A model generated the notes under the pieces. It was not told the origin of the DNA and did not search any database. It saw only the letters and a program-made list of their open reading frames with translations. The position numbers and the translations under genes were made by a program. From the NCBI GenBank assembly GCA_964428715.1, contig CAYRYY010000004.1, forward strand, positions 1 to 26,593: a stretch of DNA of 26,593 bases, read 5' to 3'. This document shows, one piece after another, positions 25,278-26,593 of this stretch; positions within the stretch are counted from its first letter, which is position 1; every line of letters starts with the position of its first letter. The stretch is from an uncultured Gammaproteobacteria bacterium. GTDB lineage: Bacteria > Patescibacteriota > Microgenomatia > Levybacterales > GWA1-39-11.

Positions 25278-25667
25278 ATGGCAAAAATGACAAAAGAAGA
25301 TATGATGACAGCAATTGAAGAGATGTCTGTTCTTGAACTTTCTGAGCTTGTAAAAGCTTTAGAAGAAAAGTTTGGAGTAACAGCAGCAGCCCCTGTAGCA
25401 GTAGCCGGAGCAGCCGCACCAGCAGCTGAAGCAGGAGAGGCAGCAGAAGAACAAACTATATTTAATGTAGTAGTAACTTCTTCAGGAGCAAACAAACTTG
25501 GAGTTATCAAAGCTCTAAGAGAGTTAGCACCAGCTCTAGGACTTAAAGAAGCAAAAGATTTAGTTGACGCAGCACCAAAAGAAGTATTAACTCAGGTTAA
25601 TAAAAAGGCAGCTGATGAAGCTAAAGAAAAGCTTACAGCAGCAGGAGCGACAGTTGAGCTCAAATAA
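25278..25667 (+). CDS. rplL: 50S ribosomal protein L7/L12
   Basis: [45 protein letters not shown]; SD AGGAGGTG. Confidence 0.98.
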   Translation: MAKMTKEDMMTAIEEMSVLELSELVKALEEKFGVTAAAPVAVAGAAAPAAEAGEAAEEQTIFNVVVTSSGANKLGVIKALRELAPALGLKEAKDLVDAAPKEVLTQVNKKAADEAKEKLTAAGATVELK

Positions 25668-25824
25668 GATCATCCTTCATGCATAAAAGCATGAAGGAAA
25701 GCCCTCTGGGCTGATCTTTCTTTCGCTTCAAGACCTAATTTATTAGAGATCTTGAAGCTCCAGATAATAAAAGCGTCTGAGATTAGGGTTTACAAATTTG
25801 AACTCTAACGTTAGGCGCTTTTTT
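25666..25824 (+). other. Cluster of hairpins after rplL ending in a terminator-like stem
   Basis: tccttcatgc/gcatgaagga; agccc/gggct; gcttcaaga/tcttgaagc; aaaagcgtct/aggcgctttt followed by Ts. Confidence 0.6.
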
Positions 25825-25918
25825 CGTGCAAAAATTCTTTATCATGCAGAAAGTGACATTATTTTTATTGAAACATTTGACCTTTGATTTTTAACCTCGA
25901 ATTTCGTATAATACTTCC

Positions 25919-26182
25919 ATGGCAGCAAAATGTATGAATTGCAGTAAGGGAGTTATGATGGGGCACAGAGTATCACACTCTAAGCGCCGGACTAATCATG
26001 CCTTTAAGCCCAATCTTCAGAATAAAACATTCGTACTTGATGGAAAAAAGTTAACTCTTAGAATCTGCACAAACTGCATAAAGCTTTACAAAAAGATTGA
26101 CCGAGAAAACAAAGAACTTCTTTCTGAAGCAGCTGCAGCCGCTGAAGAAAAGACATCTGAAAAATCCTCAGTACTTAATTAA
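25919..26182 (+). CDS. rpmB: 50S ribosomal protein L28 with C-terminal extension
   Basis: CxxC, GHRVSHSKRRT...FKPNLQ, LRICTNCIK. Promoter TTGATT-17-TATAAT, ATG 6 nt later. Confidence 0.95.
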   Translation: MAAKCMNCSKGVMMGHRVSHSKRRTNHAFKPNLQNKTFVLDGKKLTLRICTNCIKLYKKIDRENKELLSEAAAAAEEKTSEKSSVLN

Positions 26183-26198
26183 GTTGCGCTCTAGACTT

Positions 26199-26593
26199 TT
26201 AGGTCGCGCTCATGATTTTTCCAATTTTTGGAATTTTTGAAAGTGACCAGATAATCCCAAAAGATAACACAATAACACTTACAAGCGTCAAAGAAAATCC
26301 GAAGAGATTATACGCACTTAAGGGATCCACAACATACTCTAGAAAGTATTTTAGAACCGCAACATGAATAAAAAAGACTCCAAAGCTCAAGCTGGAAATA
26401 GCAAAAATCTGATGTTTAAATTTAAACAAAAACAAATCATAGATTTTTTTGAAGAATAGTCCACAGAAAAGACTATAAAGTACAACACTTATTCTCCATT
26501 GTTCTCTCAGAAACCGTAGTTCATTGAATGATTTAAACAATAAAAGCGTTTCGAAGAAAATTAACATTCCCAGCATAAAGGTTGCTATAAAAA
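26199..26593 (-). CDS. Acyltransferase-3 (OafA-like) family membrane protein, C-terminal part; truncated by the window edge
   Basis: Frame is open to the window end; SSLSFGVFFIH (S.GIYL.H-like motif) and hydrophobic helices. Confidence 0.7.
   Translation of the reverse strand, partial: FIATFMLGMLIFFETLLLFKSFNELRFLREQWRISVVLYSLFCGLFFKKIYDLFLFKFKHQIFAISSLSFGVFFIHVAVLKYFLEYVVDPLSAYNLFGFSLTLVSVIVLSFGIIWSLSKIPKIGKIMSAT

Noticed and set aside
1468-25510. Numerous 60-170 aa ORFs antisense to or overlapping assigned genes (e.g. 1468-1818, 2506-2835, 6690-7040, 12410-12910, 14523-14933, 25271-25510)
   Set aside because: Shadow ORFs of well-supported genes, with no motifs or expression signals.
1-26593. 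CRISPR array, integrase, transposase or prophage
   Set aside because: No regularly spaced repeat-spacer units or recombinase motifs were found; the repeats at 9845-9923 and 12513-12836 have other explanations.

Overview
AT-rich bacterial chromosomal window read in the standard code (TGA ends dprA). The gene mix (many short orphans, a VirD4/VirB4-like ATPase, sortase, DsbA/DsbB, dprA, a stand-alone rplJ-rplL unit) suggests a Patescibacteria/CPR, Microgenomates-like genome; this is inference. Housekeeping genes: M16 peptidase (partial), ndk, truB, tRNA-Arg(CCU), tRNA-Pro(CGG), mreC-mreD-pbp2, dprA, nhaD, rplJ-rplL with an L10 leader/attenuator, rpmB. The most interesting block is 7.8-13.7 kb, all on the + strand: dsbA-dsbB, sortase, a TasA/camelysin-like subunit, a SipW-type signal peptidase, a second SipW-type substrate, a TasA-core/RTX fusion and a two-repeat Asn/Gly/Val-rich secreted protein. 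Together these look like a TasA-type surface fibre or adhesion system with its own RNA control elements. Other highlights: a free-standing, catalytically degenerate double-LAGLIDADG protein; a beta/zeta-type carbonic-anhydrase-like gene behind an NhaD-type transporter; an MFS gene starting 3 nt after a tRNA; and about 12 genes whose start codon lies 5-8 nt after a -10 box, suggesting pervasive leaderless translation. No CRISPR array, integrase or transposase was seen. All family calls come from motif recognition by eye, not database searches.
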